A stretch of DNA of 64,000 nt, taken from Macrostomum lignano. Lineage: Eukaryota. The notes under the pieces were generated by a model that did no database searches, was not told where the DNA came from, and worked only from the letters and a program-made list of their open reading frames with translations. The translations under genes and the position numbers were made by a program. Positions within the stretch are counted from its first letter, which is position 1. Every line of letters begins with the position of its first letter. Positions 23,363 through 38,100 of the stretch are shown here, one piece after another. The stretch covers positions 124,001-188,000 of the forward strand of contig NIVC01000644.1 of assembly GCA_002269645.1 (NCBI GenBank), in the 5' to 3' direction.

Positions 23363-24009
23363 GATGGAGCACTGGCTGCAAGCTTGAACAGAAGGCCGCA
23401 TTTTGCTGCTTTTCGTCTGCTGCTTTTGAGGGAGCAAGCTTGCTATAACAATATCAATAATCAATAATAATATATCATTGACTTTTTATTCATATATAGA
23501 TTTTAGAAAGCTAAGCCTGTTGTTTTGCATGAAATTTTTGCTTTCGTCACTACTAAGCGTGCAGAAAGTGGCTGATTATGGAGGTGAGGTGGACATCGGG
23601 TGCTGAGTTGCAGGAACAAAGAGAGACTTGAATACGAAAGGCTAAAACAGTCTACAGCATCGACCAAGGACCCTACAGCAGTCAAGACTATACACAGTTG
23701 CCAGGATAAAAAAGCAACTCGGAGACAAAATGAGGTGCAAGGATGATTTATTAGGAATTAATACAGCGCTTATTTTTTTCTATACTACAGCTAGGAGCAT
23801 CGCGAAAAACACTGCATCGGAATCACCGAGAGTACGAGCTATGAACCTTTAGGGAAGGACAAACAAGATTTGAAATTTCTGGTTGCCCAACAACGAAGGG
23901 CCATTAACTTGGCTTGATGATTTCAACGCACCCCCAGCGGCCTGCACCCGAAAATGCGAACAACCAAAATGTTCACTTTTTCAGGAACTTGCCCCCCCCC
24001 ATACGCTTT

Positions 24010-24972
24010 TGTTGTGACCTGTGTCACAGTGCTCCCCTGGTGCAAGTGCACTTTGATAGTTGTTGACTTTGGTAGTTGATTATTGTTACCCCCCCCCCGG
24101 CTCAAGCCAGTCTGGAGCTATGAGCCCTTTGGCTGAGCCTCTGCTCTCTTTCTCTCTCTCTCTCGCCTTGGCTGTTTAGCCCTTTGGCTAGCCGTGCTGA
24201 TTGGCTGGGCCTCTGCTCTCTCTCTCTCTCCCTGGCCGTGCGCGCTTCCACCCTCCCCTCGCCGCAGCCAACCAGCTGTCAATCAGCTCCATTGCTTAAG
24301 CCCTTTCTCCCCCCCCTTGTTTGCGCCCCTGCCCCTTTTTACTCGTTATTTAAGGCGACGCTCAGACCCCGCCCCTTTTCTCACCGTGCCTGCGCCCATT
24401 TGCGCCCACCGCGATAAATAAACGAACGTGACCAGCGATCAACCGTAGAGACGGTCTCTTACTGCGAAGACTCAATTTATTGCAATCGATCGGCCTTCCC
24501 GTGTATGAGTGCTATAATCGACCCGGCCCGGTAAGCTGTCGAGACAATTGCCTGTGTTCCTCGGGGTCGCTCTCCTGATCTCTCTCTCTCTCACTCTCTC
24601 CTCAGTCTGACTCACCAGGCTGTCGAGTGGCCGACCGCCCGCAGCCCTCTCTCTCTTCCTTGACTCACCAGGCTGTCGAGTGGCCGCCCGCCCACAGCCC
24701 TCTCTCTTTTCCTTGACTCACCAGGCTGTCGAGTGGCCGACCGCCCGCAGCCCTCTCTCTCTTCCTTGACTCACCAGGCTGTCGAGTGGCCGCCCGCCCA
24801 CAGCCGCCCCTCCCCTCTCTCTCGACTTCTCAACCTTGACCTCCCCCGAAGTGTCCGTACGCCTCGGGGTCGCCGATCGAGCTCGTAAGCCCTGGGCAGT
24901 CCAGTACCCGAACCCCGACACCGCTACCCGTCGCCCAACCCGGCCGTGCCAGCGAGGAAGGGGGATACAACA
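24010..24972. mobile_element. Solo LTR (963 bp), Gypsy-like 4-bp TSD
   Basis: Starts TGTTGT and ends ACAACA (inverted termini); flanked by CTTT (24006-24009 and 24973-24976); internal AATAAA signals on both strands and an internal 53-bp x4 repeat. Confidence 0.7.
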
Positions 24973-25104
24973 CTTTTAACAACAACAATACTGCGAAAAG
25001 CTCGTTATCATGTAAGTACATGTGGCTGTAAGCCAAACCTTATTGAGTCTTGGGTATATAAGCATCAGCCAAAGGTGAGACGGTCGACAGCTATGCTCGC
25101 TAAG

Positions 25105-25861
<757 letters not shown>

Positions 25862-26064
25862 TTAATTATTAATTTAAATATTAATTTAAATATAAAACAC
25901 AGATTATAATTATGAAAATATTATTTAAACTATTTATTGATTGTATACCATTTTCAATTGCATTCGTTTTCCCTCTTGGCCTACTAATCTCAGTAGCAAG
26001 TGTCGGTTGCTCATGCAGGATGATCATTTTTCTTACTGGTTTGATTTTTGAGTAAGAGTGAAGG

Positions 26065-26355
26065 CGGGTGAGTGAGAGTGAATGTGGGTGAATGAGAGTG
26101 AATGTGGGTGAATGAGAGTGAATGGGTGAATTAGAGTGTATGGGTGAATGAGAGTGAATGGGTGAATGAGAGTGAATGTGGGTGAATGAGAGTGAATGGG
26201 TGAATTAGAGCGTATGGGTGAATGAGAGTGAATGGGTGAATTAGAGTGTATGGGTAATGAGAGTGAATGGGTGAATGAGAGTGAATGGGTGAATGAGAGT
26301 GAATGGGTGAATGAGAGTGAATGGGTGAATGAGAGTGAATGTGGATGAATGTGGT
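26065..26355. repeat. ~18-bp repeat (GAATGGGTGAATGAGAGT)
   Basis: Tandem copies with variants. Confidence 0.88.
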
Positions 26356-26744
26356 AAGAGCTGTCTCAAAATGAAAGCCTTGTTTTAGCTTTAATCAATT
26401 ATTACCAAAAACTGGGAATTATAAAAATAGGCTATAAAATCGAGAATATAATAAACTGATCATTGTTATCAGTCGATCAAATCGCTTTCATTTATGAATT
26501 ATGAAATGAATTCTCGACCTTTGAATTCCCCTTGAAAGCCTCAACAGCTCGCAGCAGTTTTCCCAATACTGTCTGTGCATTGTTTACTTCTGCAGCCAAT
26601 GGCTCTTTAGCTCTCGCTTCGGTAGCGATAAACCCAAAAGGATGATTATTTTATAGCTCAAAATTCTACACGGAATTCTATTAAAAAGGTTGCAAAATTT
26701 ATCAGTAGGAACTTGCAACAAAGTTTGTATCAACTTCAACTAAG

Positions 26745-28558
26745 ACACGCAGGGAGAGACAGGGAGAGACAGGGATAGACAGGGAGAGAGACAGAGAGAG
26801 ACAAGGAGAGACAGGGAGAGACGGAGAGGTAGGGAGAGACAGGGAGAGACAGGGAGAGACAGGGAGAGACAGGGGAGAGACAGGGAGAGACAGGGAGAGA
26901 GACAGGGAGAGAGACAGGGAGAGACAGGGAGAGAGACAGGGAGAGACAGGGAGAGACAGGGAGAGAGGCAGGGAGAGACAGGGAAAGACAGGGAGAGAGA
27001 CAGACAGAGAGACAGGGAGAGACAGGGAGAGAGGCAGGGAGAGAGACAGGGAGAGACAGGGAGAGAGACAGGGAGAGACAGGGAGAGACAGGGAGAGACA
27101 GGGAGAGACAGGGAGAGAGGCAGGGAGAGAGACAGGGAGAGACAGGGAGAGAGACAGGGAGAGACAGGGAGAGACAGGGAGAGACAGGGAGAGACAGGGA
27201 GAGACAGGGAGAGACAGGGAGAGACAGGGAGAGAGACAGACAGAGAGACAGGGAGAGAGGCAGGGAGAGACAGGGAGAGACAGGGAGAGAGACAGACAGA
27301 GAGACAGGGAGAGACAGGGAGAGAGACAGACAGAGAGACAGGGAGAGACAGGGAGAGACAGGGAGAGAGAAGAAGAGAGAGACATGGAGAGATACAGGGG
27401 GAGAGAAAGGGAGAGACATGGAGAGACAAGGGGAGGCAGGGAGAGAGACAGGGAGAGACAGGGGAGAGACAGGGAGAGACAGGGAGAGAAAGGGAGAGAC
27501 AGGAGAGGCAGGGAGAGAGACAGTGAGAGACAGGGAGAGACAGGGAGAGAAACAGAGAGAGACAGGGAGAGGCAGGGAGAGAGACAGACAGAGAGACAGG
27601 GAGAGACAGGGAGAGAGACAGGGAGAGACAGGGAGAGAGACAGGGAGAGAGGCAGGGAGAGAGACAGGTAGAGACAGAGAGAGGCAGGGAGAGAGGCAGG
27701 GAGAGAGACAGGGAGAGAGACAGGGAGAGACAGAGAGAGGCAGGAAGAGAGGCAGGGAGAGAGGCAGGGAGAGAGACAGGGAGAGAGACAGGTAGAGACA
27801 GAGAGAGGCAGGGAGAGAGGCAGGGAGAGAGACAGGGAGAGAGACAGGGAGAGACAGAGAGAGACAGAGAGAGAGAAGAAGAGAGAGACATGGAGAGATA
27901 CAGGGGGGGAGAAAGGGAGAGACATGGAGAGACAAGGGGAGGCAGGGAGAGAGACAGGGAGAGACAGGGGAGAGACAGGGAGAGACAGGGAGAGAAAGGG
28001 AGAGACAGGAGAGGCAGGGAGAGAGACAGTGAGAGACAGGGAGAGACAGGGAGAGAAACAGAGAGAGACAGGGAGAGGCAGGGAGAGAGACAGACAGAGA
28101 GACAGGGAGAGACAGGGAGAGAGACAGGGAGAGACAGGGAGAGAGACAGGGAGAGAGGCAGGGAGAGAGACAGGTAGAGACAGAGAGAGGCAGGGAGAGA
28201 GGCAGGGAGAGAGACAGGGAGAGAGACAGGGAGAGACAGAGAGAGGCAGGGAGAGAGGCAGGGAGAGAGGCAGGGAGAGAGACAGGGAGAGAGACAGGTA
28301 GAGACAGAGAGAGGCAGGGAGAGAGGCAGGGAGAGAGACAGGGAGAGAGACAGGGAGAGACAGAGAGAGACAGGGAGAGAGACAGGGAGAGAGACAGGTA
28401 GAGACAGAGAGAGGCAGGGAGAGAGGCAGGGAGAGAGGCAGGCAGAGAGACAGGGAGAGAGGCAGGGAGAGAGACAGGGATAGAGACAGGGATAGAGACA
28501 GGGAGAGAGACAGGGAGAGAGACAGGGAGAGACAGAGAGAGGCAGGGAGACAGACAGA
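26745..28558. repeat. Purine-rich GA/GGGAGAGACA minisatellite with an internal ~506-bp duplication
   Basis: Nearly identical ORFs at 27384/27890 and 27418/27924 (offset 506). Confidence 0.93.
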
Positions 28559-29382
28559 ACGTACCGGGCTACCTGCTGTCACGCAGCTAATCAATAGTGG
28601 AGTCGTGTGACTGCTAATTTGATTGCAGCATTTGCTTTTGCTCTCTAAATGTTTCCTAGAACGATTGTTTCTCATTTTCTAAGCTCACTCCTGTACTTGT
28701 TCAGTGTATTTTTTTCTAGAACTGCTCAAATCGAAGACTTTGATAGCCGGGTCGAAAGTGAATATTGATACGAGATACAATGGACCAGAATGCTATTTGA
28801 CTAAATGTCCCTTTTTCCATCTTCATTAACATAAATTGGTGATTTACAAAAGTTGACTTGGTAAATTAACAAAAGATCATTTCATGAATCCTTATCTCAA
28901 CAGAAACAAACTTAATGGGACTGCAATTCGCAGGCATTATATTATTAGTGGGAAATGACCAACCAAACAGAGCTGCTGCTTATGCTTGAGTGACTAACTG
29001 AGCTCATTAATTATGCTTTCAGAGGCCGCAAGCAATCTGCAGCAAAATCCATCATTTTATAATTAAGCCCGCGTCCACTGAGATCTACCTGAGAATTTCT
29101 TTTGATATTCGTTTTTCCCTCGCTCCGTCTCCCTCTTCTTTATCCCCTTCTGGCTTATCCCGAAAATCCTCTTTTGGCGAGCTTTTCCGTCCACCTGGCA
29201 AAGAATGAAGGCTGCATTAATAATCCTTGCTGCAGCTGCCTGCCTCTTTGAGTCTTTGTCTCCGTCTCTCTTCATCTGCGCCGACTAGCAAATAAGCTTG
29301 TTTACAGCCCTGAGGACTTTTAGTCTATCAGGTTTCCTTAGCTGGAAGACATTCATTCAGTTTTGAGTACTTTTGAGCCGAG

Positions 29383-30322
<940 letters not shown>

Positions 30323-30727
30323 AGTTTATTTGTTTGTTGTTGTTAGACTGTCTACCAGTTTCCTGTTTAGACTCTGCAGTCCAGGAAAAGCTATTAAAAG
30401 CTCACCCAGCACAAATGCGAGTTTTAGTAGACAGAAACGGTTGGATCAAACTGCGAAATGTCGGAAGTGAGCGGTTAGATTTTGATTTTGAAAAGCAAGA
30501 CAGAAACATTCAACCTTAATTGTTGCTGCTGCTGAAAACGAATGAACCAGAGGGCTTAGGCTTGATTCTTTGCATCATTGGCTTTTCCCGCAGTTTTGTC
30601 TGCGTTCGCTGTTGTTCTGTTGACTTGACAAATCACGAGAGTTCAGACTGGGAGAGCTCCGTCAGATGGTCAGATGGGGCTACCAGGAGACATCATTTGA
30701 TGAAGCTTTTGGAGTTTGGAGTAAGGT

Positions 30728-31235
30728 TGTCTCTCTCCCTCTCCTCTCTCCCCCTCTCTCCCTCTCCTCTCTCCCCCTCTCATCCCTCTCCTCTCTCCCT
30801 CTCCTCTTTCTCCCTCTCCTCTCTCCCCCTCTCTCCCTCTCCTCTCTCCCCCTCTCATCCCTCTCCTCTCTCCCTCTCCTCTTTCTCCCTCTCCTCTCTC
30901 CCCCTCTCCTCCCTCTCCTCTCTCCCTCTCCTCTTTCTCCCTCTCCTCTCTCCCCCTCTCTCCCTCTCCTCTCTCCCCCTCTCATCCCTCTCCTCTCTCC
31001 CTCTCCTCTTTCTCCCTCTCCTCTCTCCCCCTCTCCTCCCTCTCCTCTCTCCCTCTCCTCCCTCTCCTCTCTCCCTCTCCTCCCTCTCCTCTCTCCCTCT
31101 CCTCCCTCTCCTCTCTCCCCCTCTCCCCCCTCTCCTCTCTCCCCCTCTCTCCCTCTCCTCCCTCTCCTCTCTCCCCCTCTCCTCCCTCTCCCTCTCCTAT
31201 TCTCTCTGTCTCTCTCCATTGCCTTCTCCCTCTTT
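30728..31235. repeat. CT-rich low-complexity tandem repeat
   Basis: Polypyrimidine CTCTCC-type units. Confidence 0.9.
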
Positions 31236-31794
31236 CTTTCCCTCTCGCTGCCCTTTTCCTAGGAGTTCGCAGTCTCCTAATTTGCAATCGCATTCGGCTA
31301 CAAAAGTGCAAGCCACTCACTGCTGCTGATGGGTATTATTTTCACTGATTTGCAAGACGAGTCCACTTTGCGCAAATGTGTGCCAGGCACTCCAAGTCAA
31401 TCAGAAGTGGATCAGATCTCCATCAGCCGTATCTCTGTCTGCCCAGAATCTCGCAGCCTCATCGGCTAACTATAGTCCTTTCCATTAGTCGATGTTCCCT
31501 GGAAAGCTGGCCGACCAACTTCTTGATCTGGCTCCATGCGGGTCTCTCTGCAGGCGCCAACAATCCCCTGGGGAATTGAGTTCCGCAGATGAAGTGCAAT
31601 GGTCCAGATCGAGGAAGTCAAATGTTTGATGAGCACAAAACCCCCACTTCTCGATTTGCAGGCGTTTTTGGCGTACGTCAAAAGGGTGCACCGAGATTTT
31701 CAATATTTTCCTTTCTGGTGACTCTTCATCCACTCGCGCCGTCTCGTTTTTCCTCGGTGTGCAAACTGCCGGCTATTGACAGAAAATAACCCAT

Positions 31795-32065
31795 TCTTTG
31801 GGAATCCCTGCTTTGGGAAATCCCTGCTTTGGGAATCCCTCTTCTGGGAATCCCTGCTTTGGTAAGTCCCTGCCTTGGGAATCCTTTCTTTGGGAATCCC
31901 TCCTTTGGGAATTCCTCCTTTAGGAATCCTTCATTTGGGAATCCCGCGTACGGGAATCCCTGCTTTGGGAATCCCTTCTTTGAGAATCCCTCCTTTGGGA
32001 ATCCCTGCTTTGGGAAACCTTCCCTTCGGAAACCCTTCTTTAGAAAATTCTGCTTTGGGAAATCC
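31795..32065. repeat. 15-bp degenerate repeat (GGGAATCCCTGCTTT)
   Basis: About 18 diverged copies. Confidence 0.85.
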
Positions 32066-32097
32066 ACCTGAGAAAAAAAGGAAGAAAAACAGAAATA

Positions 32098-32330
32098 TTT
32101 TTATTAGAGGCTGGGGGCTGTATGCACCCTGGCGCATTTTAAGCGACACTGTGTCACACAACCGGCAAGCATGTACACTTCACTGTGCATTGGGGGTTGG
32201 TCCTCAGGCTGTTAATTGCACGAGCAGAGCCAAGCCGAGATTCCAATTCAGCCTCAAATTAATGTGATCGCACTTGGAATCGAGCCTGGGCCGCTGGCAC
32301 ATCAGAGCGCTGCGCCAGCCTTGCCGCCTC
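32098..32330 (-). mobile_element. tRNA-derived SINE, same family as 60545-60899, internally shorter copy
   Basis: The reverse complement shares GGCTCGATTCCAAGTGC, AATCTCGGCTTGGCTCTGCTCGTGCAATTAAC, CAGTGAAGTGTACATGC and GCGCCAGGGTGCA with the 60.5-kb copy. Confidence 0.8.
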
Positions 32331-32839
32331 GATTTGATTAATCAAGAATGACAATAAAGTCTGCCGTTTACTCAATACGCTGATGCGAAACCTAAAGCCT
32401 ATTTTTTATTGGTGTTTAACATAAAACATTCGCTATATCCATCACAAAACATCTATTTCAGTATCGAATTTTAGACTCGTATTGCACACAATACTTACAA
32501 CAGAGAGTTTATATTGGAATCATATAGATATAAGTGTGTCACGGTTGTGCTGCTTAACAAATAGTGTTCACCTGTGTTTTACGGTTGCGAAGTGCCACGT
32601 ACGATAAAGGAGTAAATTTCTTCTTTAATAAATTCCAAGAAACAATAATAGAATTGTCTTGATCACAAATCTCCACTAGGCAGAGTGCACAACAACGCTA
32701 AATTTCACTGAAAAAATATATGTAAGAATGTAATATTTTTTTCCTTGACCTTACAGCAGACAGCTTTAGCAGAAGGGTGCAACACGCATAATCATCTTGA
32801 CTTTCGAATAGCAAACAGCGCGATTCCTTTGTTACCGCC

Positions 32840-33895
32840 CCCTCCGCCTCTTTGCCCCGTACCCATCCTCCTGTGCCTCTCTACCCCGTGCCCCTCCTCC
32901 ACCTCTCAGCCCCGTGCCCCTTCTCCTCCGCCTCTCTATCCCGTACCCCTCCTCCTCTGCCTCTCTACCCCGTGCCCCTCCTCCTCCGCCTCTCTACCCC
33001 GTGCCCCTCCTCATCCGCCTCTCTATCCCGTGCCCCTCTTCCTCTGCCTCTCCGCCCCGTGCCCCTTCTCCTCCGCCTCTCTATCCCGTGCCCCTCTTCC
33101 TCTGCCTCTCCGCCCCGTGCCCCTTCTCCTCCGCCTCTCTATCCCGTGCCCCTCCTCCTCTTCCTCTCTATCCCGTGCCCCTCCTCCTCCGCCTCTCTAC
33201 CCCGTGCCCCTCCTCCTCTGCCTCTCTACCCCGTGCCCCTCCTCCTCTGCATCTCCGTCCCCGTGCCCCTTCTCCTCCGCCTCTCCGCCCCGTGCCCCTC
33301 CTCCTCTGCCTCTCTACCCCGTGCCCCTCCTCCTCCGCCGCTCTATCCCGTGCCCCTCCTCCTCTGCCTCTCTACCCCGTGCCCCTCCTCCTCCGCCGCT
33401 CTATCCCGTGCCCCTCCTCCTCTGCCTTTCCACCCCGAGCCCCTTCTCCTCCGCCTCTCTATCCCGTACCCCTCCTCCTCCGCCTCTCTACTCCGTGCCC
33501 CTCCTCCTCCGCCTCTCTATCCCGTGCCCCTCCTCCTCCGCCTCTCTACCCCGTGCCCCTCCTCCTCCGCCTCTCTATCCCGTGCCCCTCCTCCTCTGCC
33601 TCTCCGCCCCGTGCCCCTTCTCCTCCGCCTCTCTATCCCGTACCCATCCTCCTCTGCCTCTCTACCCCGTGCCCCTCCTCCTCTGCATCTCCGCCCCGTG
33701 CCCCTTCTCCTCCGCCTCTCTATCCCGTGCCCCTCCTCCTCTGCCTCTCTACCCCGTGCCCCTCCTCCTCCGCCTCTCTACCCCGTGCCCCTCCTCCTCC
33801 GCCTCTCTATCCCGTGCCCCTCCTCCTCTGCCTCTCCGCCCCGTGCCCCTTCTCCTCCGCCTCTCTACCCCATGCCCCTCCTCCTCCGCCTATCT
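32840..33895. repeat. 29-bp C-rich minisatellite (CCTCTCTACCCCGTGCCCCTCCTCCTCCG)
   Basis: About 36 copies just downstream of the GPCR stop (in its transcriptional direction). Confidence 0.93.
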
Positions 33896-33950
33896 GCCTC
33901 TGTTCTACTGCGTCTGTGGTGTTGCACCGCCCTGGCTATCCACTTGTCTG

Positions 33951-35093
33951 TCATATCCGCCTCAACTGCACGGACTCCTCCCGAGACCGCTGCTCTCCAG
34001 CTGAGCAGGGCCTCAGCTTGTTGCGAAACGATGGAATCGAAACCACGTAGACAACAAAGTTGGCGAAGGAGTCCATGCTAGTGAGGGTGTTGGCCACGCC
34101 GCTGAACACGTGCACCTTCATGCAGTGGTCGCCGCACTCGAAGTCCTTGATGATGCCAGCAATTAGCATGGGCAGCTCGCAGAGCACGAAGCTGCCGCAG
34201 AGCACCAGCACTGTGCGGTTGACGGCGTCGCTCTGGCTTCGTCGATGACGCATCGAGGTTGAGTTGGTCGACTCACGGTCGCGAGTGCTGCTCACGCTGT
34301 TGCTGATCGGCACCTGCAGGACGTTGGCGGTATTGGCGGCTGCCCGCAGGCTGCAGGTCATCAGCGTGCTGATCACCAGCAGGCACACGATGGGCATCGG
34401 AGACGTCAGGACGAAGAACAGCTTCGGGTAGGCGCTGTACCTGCGGCTGTGCGCGAACGCGGCCGGCGCCAGGCGCACGATCTGCCGCGACTCGGCGCAC
34501 AGGAAGTAGGCAAGCTCGAAGGCACGCGGAGTCGTCAGCAGCGCCGCCAGCAGGCCGATGAGCAGCAGGCTCAGCCGGAAGGAGCGGCGCGACTGGCTCC
34601 GCTGGCTGCTCAGGCTGGCGCTGATGGCGCGGTAGCGGCGCCAGGCGATGAGCACGATGATCCAGTTGCGCAGGATCAGCGAGGATTTGTAGATGATCCA
34701 GACCACCTGGCACACCAGGTAGATGAGGAACTGGGCTACAGCGAGAGAACTGCCAATGGGCATCAGGTGACTATTGGTGCTCCCAACCAGCAGGTAAAAC
34801 AGCTCGAATGACAGGCCGCAGCTGTTGAAGCAGACCTCGCAGCAGCTCAGGTAGAATATCATCGAGATGAACAGGCTTCGACGCTTGAATGATAGGAACA
34901 CCTTGATGGAGACCAGATTCACCATGAGCCCGATCATGGCCGCGATGCACTTGATGAAGTAGAGGCTGTCCAGCATCACCTGCGTGGGACCATTGTCCGC
35001 GTGGAATAGCGGCGTCTGCGGCTCAGTGCAGTTCCCGTGCACAATGTACACCATGCCGAAGGGCACATCGTCGGTGTGGTTCTCATCGAACAT
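33951..35093 (-). CDS. Intronless class A (rhodopsin-like) GPCR, orphan peptide-receptor-like, 380 aa
   Basis: Seven hydrophobic segments; N-glycosylation sites (NHT, NCT); TM1 GLMVNLVS; TM3 end IAWRRYRAI (DRY position); TM6 F.LCELP; TM7 DSFANFVVY; helix 8 PSFR. The ATG at 35093 follows a TTTTCAG acceptor. The longer ORF start at 35258 lies inside the LTR. Confidence 0.85.
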   Translation of the reverse strand: MFDENHTDDVPFGMVYIVHGNCTEPQTPLFHADNGPTQVMLDSLYFIKCIAAMIGLMVNLVSIKVFLSFKRRSLFISMIFYLSCCEVCFNSCGLSFELFYLLVGSTNSHLMPIGSSLAVAQFLIYLVCQVVWIIYKSSLILRNWIIVLIAWRRYRAISASLSSQRSQSRRSFRLSLLLIGLLAALLTTPRAFELAYFLCAESRQIVRLAPAAFAHSRRYSAYPKLFFVLTSPMPIVCLLVISTLMTCSLRAAANTANVLQVPISNSVSSTRDRESTNSTSMRHRRSQSDAVNRTVLVLCGSFVLCELPMLIAGIIKDFECGDHCMKVHVFSGVANTLTSMDSFANFVVYVVSIPSFRNKLRPCSAGEQRSREESVQLRRI

Positions 35094-35124
35094 GGCTCTG
35101 AAAACGGTGTGATAATGGCGTGTG

Positions 35125-38100
35125 TGTTGAAGTTTGCTTCTTTTAATTAAGTATATTTTATCAGTTTGAACAAAAAGAAATACACAAGATGAAAAATTGA
35201 GCAGTTTGGGGGGGGCACTTAAAGTATTAGCGTATTTGCGATATGAACTAACAACCATAGATATATCGGTACGATACTGTATTGAATATTTATTGAACTT
35301 TCTAGAAAGGGATACGCACAGCTATTTGCATTAACAATATTAATCAATATTATGTATCTGACAATTACTATATAAAGTACTAAAAGTACGAGCTATATAC
35401 TATAAACAACACTCCCACTTAATTGTCAGAAACTTATCATTGGAAGATTTAAGTTAATCGCGGTAGATTACTCAGTAGTCTCTGATATTAAAAATGGATG
35501 ACAATGACATTAGTTACTTCAGTTACTCCAGTTACTTCAATTCATATCCATACACTTAATACCAAGCATTGATCGCAGATTTTCAAACTGATGCCTGGGA
35601 ATTGGCTTTGTTAGAATGTCCGCCAGCATTTCCTTTGTCGGACAGTATTCCAGTTTCACAGTACCAGCTTGAATAGCATCTCGAATAAAATGATAGCGGA
35701 TGTCAATATGCTTTGTCCGCTTGTGTCGAATCGGATTTTTTGACATTGCAATGGCTCCTTGATTGTCTTCCTTAATTACAGTTGACCCAGTGATATTGGC
35801 ACCCAAATCACTTACAAGTCGACGAAGCCATATTGCCTCCTGTGTCGCAGACGCAAGGGCCATGTACTCAGCTTCTGTCGTTGACAACGCCACCGTGGTT
35901 TGCTTTTGACTTAACCATGTTACTGCTCCACCGGCCATAATGAAAACACTTCCAGTGACTGAGCGTCTGCTATCCAAGTCCGACGCCCAATCAGCGTCTG
36001 AGTAGCCAATGATCTCGTTACTTTCAGACTTCTCATATTTCAGAACGACGTCCGATGAGCCTTTCAGGTATCGAAGAATTCTCTTGGCAGCGGTGAGATG
36101 AGCCTCAGTTGGTTTGGAATTGAATTTCGATACTGCTCCCACTGCTTGAGCAATGTCTGGCCGTGTAGCGATCGCTGCGTACAATAGGCTGCCTACAATT
36201 GATTGATAGGCCTTTGGATCCACGAATTTGCTGTAGCCATCGTTTTCAACGAGCTTGACGCTTGAATCCATTGGGGTTGTGGCTGGGTTTGCTTCCAACA
36301 TTTTAAACTTCTTCAGTAGTTGCATAATGTATTGCTTCTGATGAAGTTGAAGAAATCGTCTCTCTGAGTCAATCACTATTGTCACTCCTAAACAGTAATG
36401 AAGCTCTCCCATATCTTTCATCTTGAATCGTCGAGTGAATTCCTCCTTGATACTCTGCATTTCATCCATAGTATCAGTAGCCATCACCAAGTCGTCAACA
36501 TAAACCGCAATGATTGACATGTTTCCAAGTTTGCGAGTGAACACACATGGGTCTGCTCCACTTTCCTTGAATCCAATCGAGATTAGGTAATCACAGAGGG
36601 CCTTGTTCCAACACCGGGGTGATTGCTTTAGACCATATAGCGATCTTTTCAGCTTGCAGACTAAATTCTCTTCGTCGCATTTAACGTATCCGGGTGGTTG
36701 ATCCATGAAGATTTCTTCTGTTAAATGTCCGTTTAGAAATGCAGTGACCACATCCATTTGATGAATGTGCATTTCTCGTTGAGTTGCGAATGCCAGTATA
36801 GTACGGATTGATGAGAATCTTACCACAGGAGAAAACGTCTCGTCATAATCCACTCCAGGTTGTTGAGAATACCCTTTGGCAACCAGGCGTCCTTTGAATC
36901 GTTCAATGTTTCTGCAGCTGTCATGCTTCACTTTGAATACCCACTTGCAGCCAACAGTCTTTCGTCCTTCTGGAAGAGGAACTAATTCCCACGTATCATT
37001 TTCTATCAGAGAGTTGTATTCCGAGTCTGTTGCTTCTTTCCATTCCTTCGCATTGTCACAACTCCAAGCCTCGTCAATCGATCTGGGTTCCAAAATCTCC
37101 ATGGCTCGAAAAGCACGATGTTGTGGCTCTGTTGTACTTAGGCTAGCTACTTCGAAGTTCTCATTGTATTGAAAACGCTCTGGGGTTTTCCTTTGTCGCG
37201 TGGTCGTTGGCAGAATTTGTTGGATTTCAGTTTCAATTTCTTCATTCGGAGTTGTTCGGCTGTTGTGCTCGTCGAGGTTGACTTCCATATGTGAATTTAT
37301 CTTTTCATTGTTCTGCTGGAAATCATTCAACTTTCCGAAGTCTCCCTCATTGAAGATGACATCGTAACGAACAACTGTTTTCCTAGTTCTTTCGTCAAAC
37401 AATCTGTAGCCCTTTTGATTGTCACTGTAGCCAACGAACCTTAGCTTGGTAGTCTTCTTATCAAGTTTTTGTCTCTCTACTGTAGGAATGTGAGCATAAG
37501 CTACACAGCCAAACGTTCGAAGATGTGAGATGTTTGGCTTTCGTCCACACCATCTTTCGTAGGGTGTCATCATTGGCGCTACCGAGTTCGTCGGGACTCT
37601 GTTGCGGATATACGCGGCTGTGTTGATGGCTTCTGCCCAATAAGCATTGCTAAGACCAGCATGAGTTATCATTGTTCTAGCAGATTCGATGAGAGTACGG
37701 TTCATTCTTTCAGCAACACCGTTCTGTTCTGGTGTATGGGCTACCGAAATTTCGTGTCGAATTCCTTTTGCAAGTAAAAACGCAGAAAATTCCTTGGACA
37801 TGTACTCTCCTCCACCATCAGTTCGGAGAACTTTTATTGTTTTTTCAGTCTCATTTGTCACCTGCGCTTCGAATTCCTTAAACTTCTGGAAGACTTCAGA
37901 CTTAGTCTTCAGAAAATAGACCTTCACAATGCGAGAGAAATCATCGATGAAAGTCGCAAAAAATCGATTCCCGCCAAACGACTGCGTCTGCATTGGTCCA
38001 CAAATGTCACTGTGCACAAGTTGCAGTACTTCTGATGAGCGAATTTCTCCGACTGATTTGTGATTCTTTCGATGCGCCTTTCCTTCAACGCACGCTTCAC

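Noticed and set aside
26702-28675. 657-aa SLSLP-rich ORF and opposite-strand RE-rich ORFs
   Set aside because: Translation of a GA-rich repeat, with frame-shifting unit variants.
31726-32071. GFPKx pentapeptide-repeat ORF and NF-kB-like GGGAATCCC sites
   Set aside because: A 15-bp degenerate repeat open on both strands, with no splice or start support and no nearby promoter evidence.
35094-35258. 55-aa N-terminal extension of the GPCR in the ORF track
   Set aside because: It starts at a non-ATG codon inside the Copia LTR (the same peptide appears at 39749); the native start is most likely ATG 35093.
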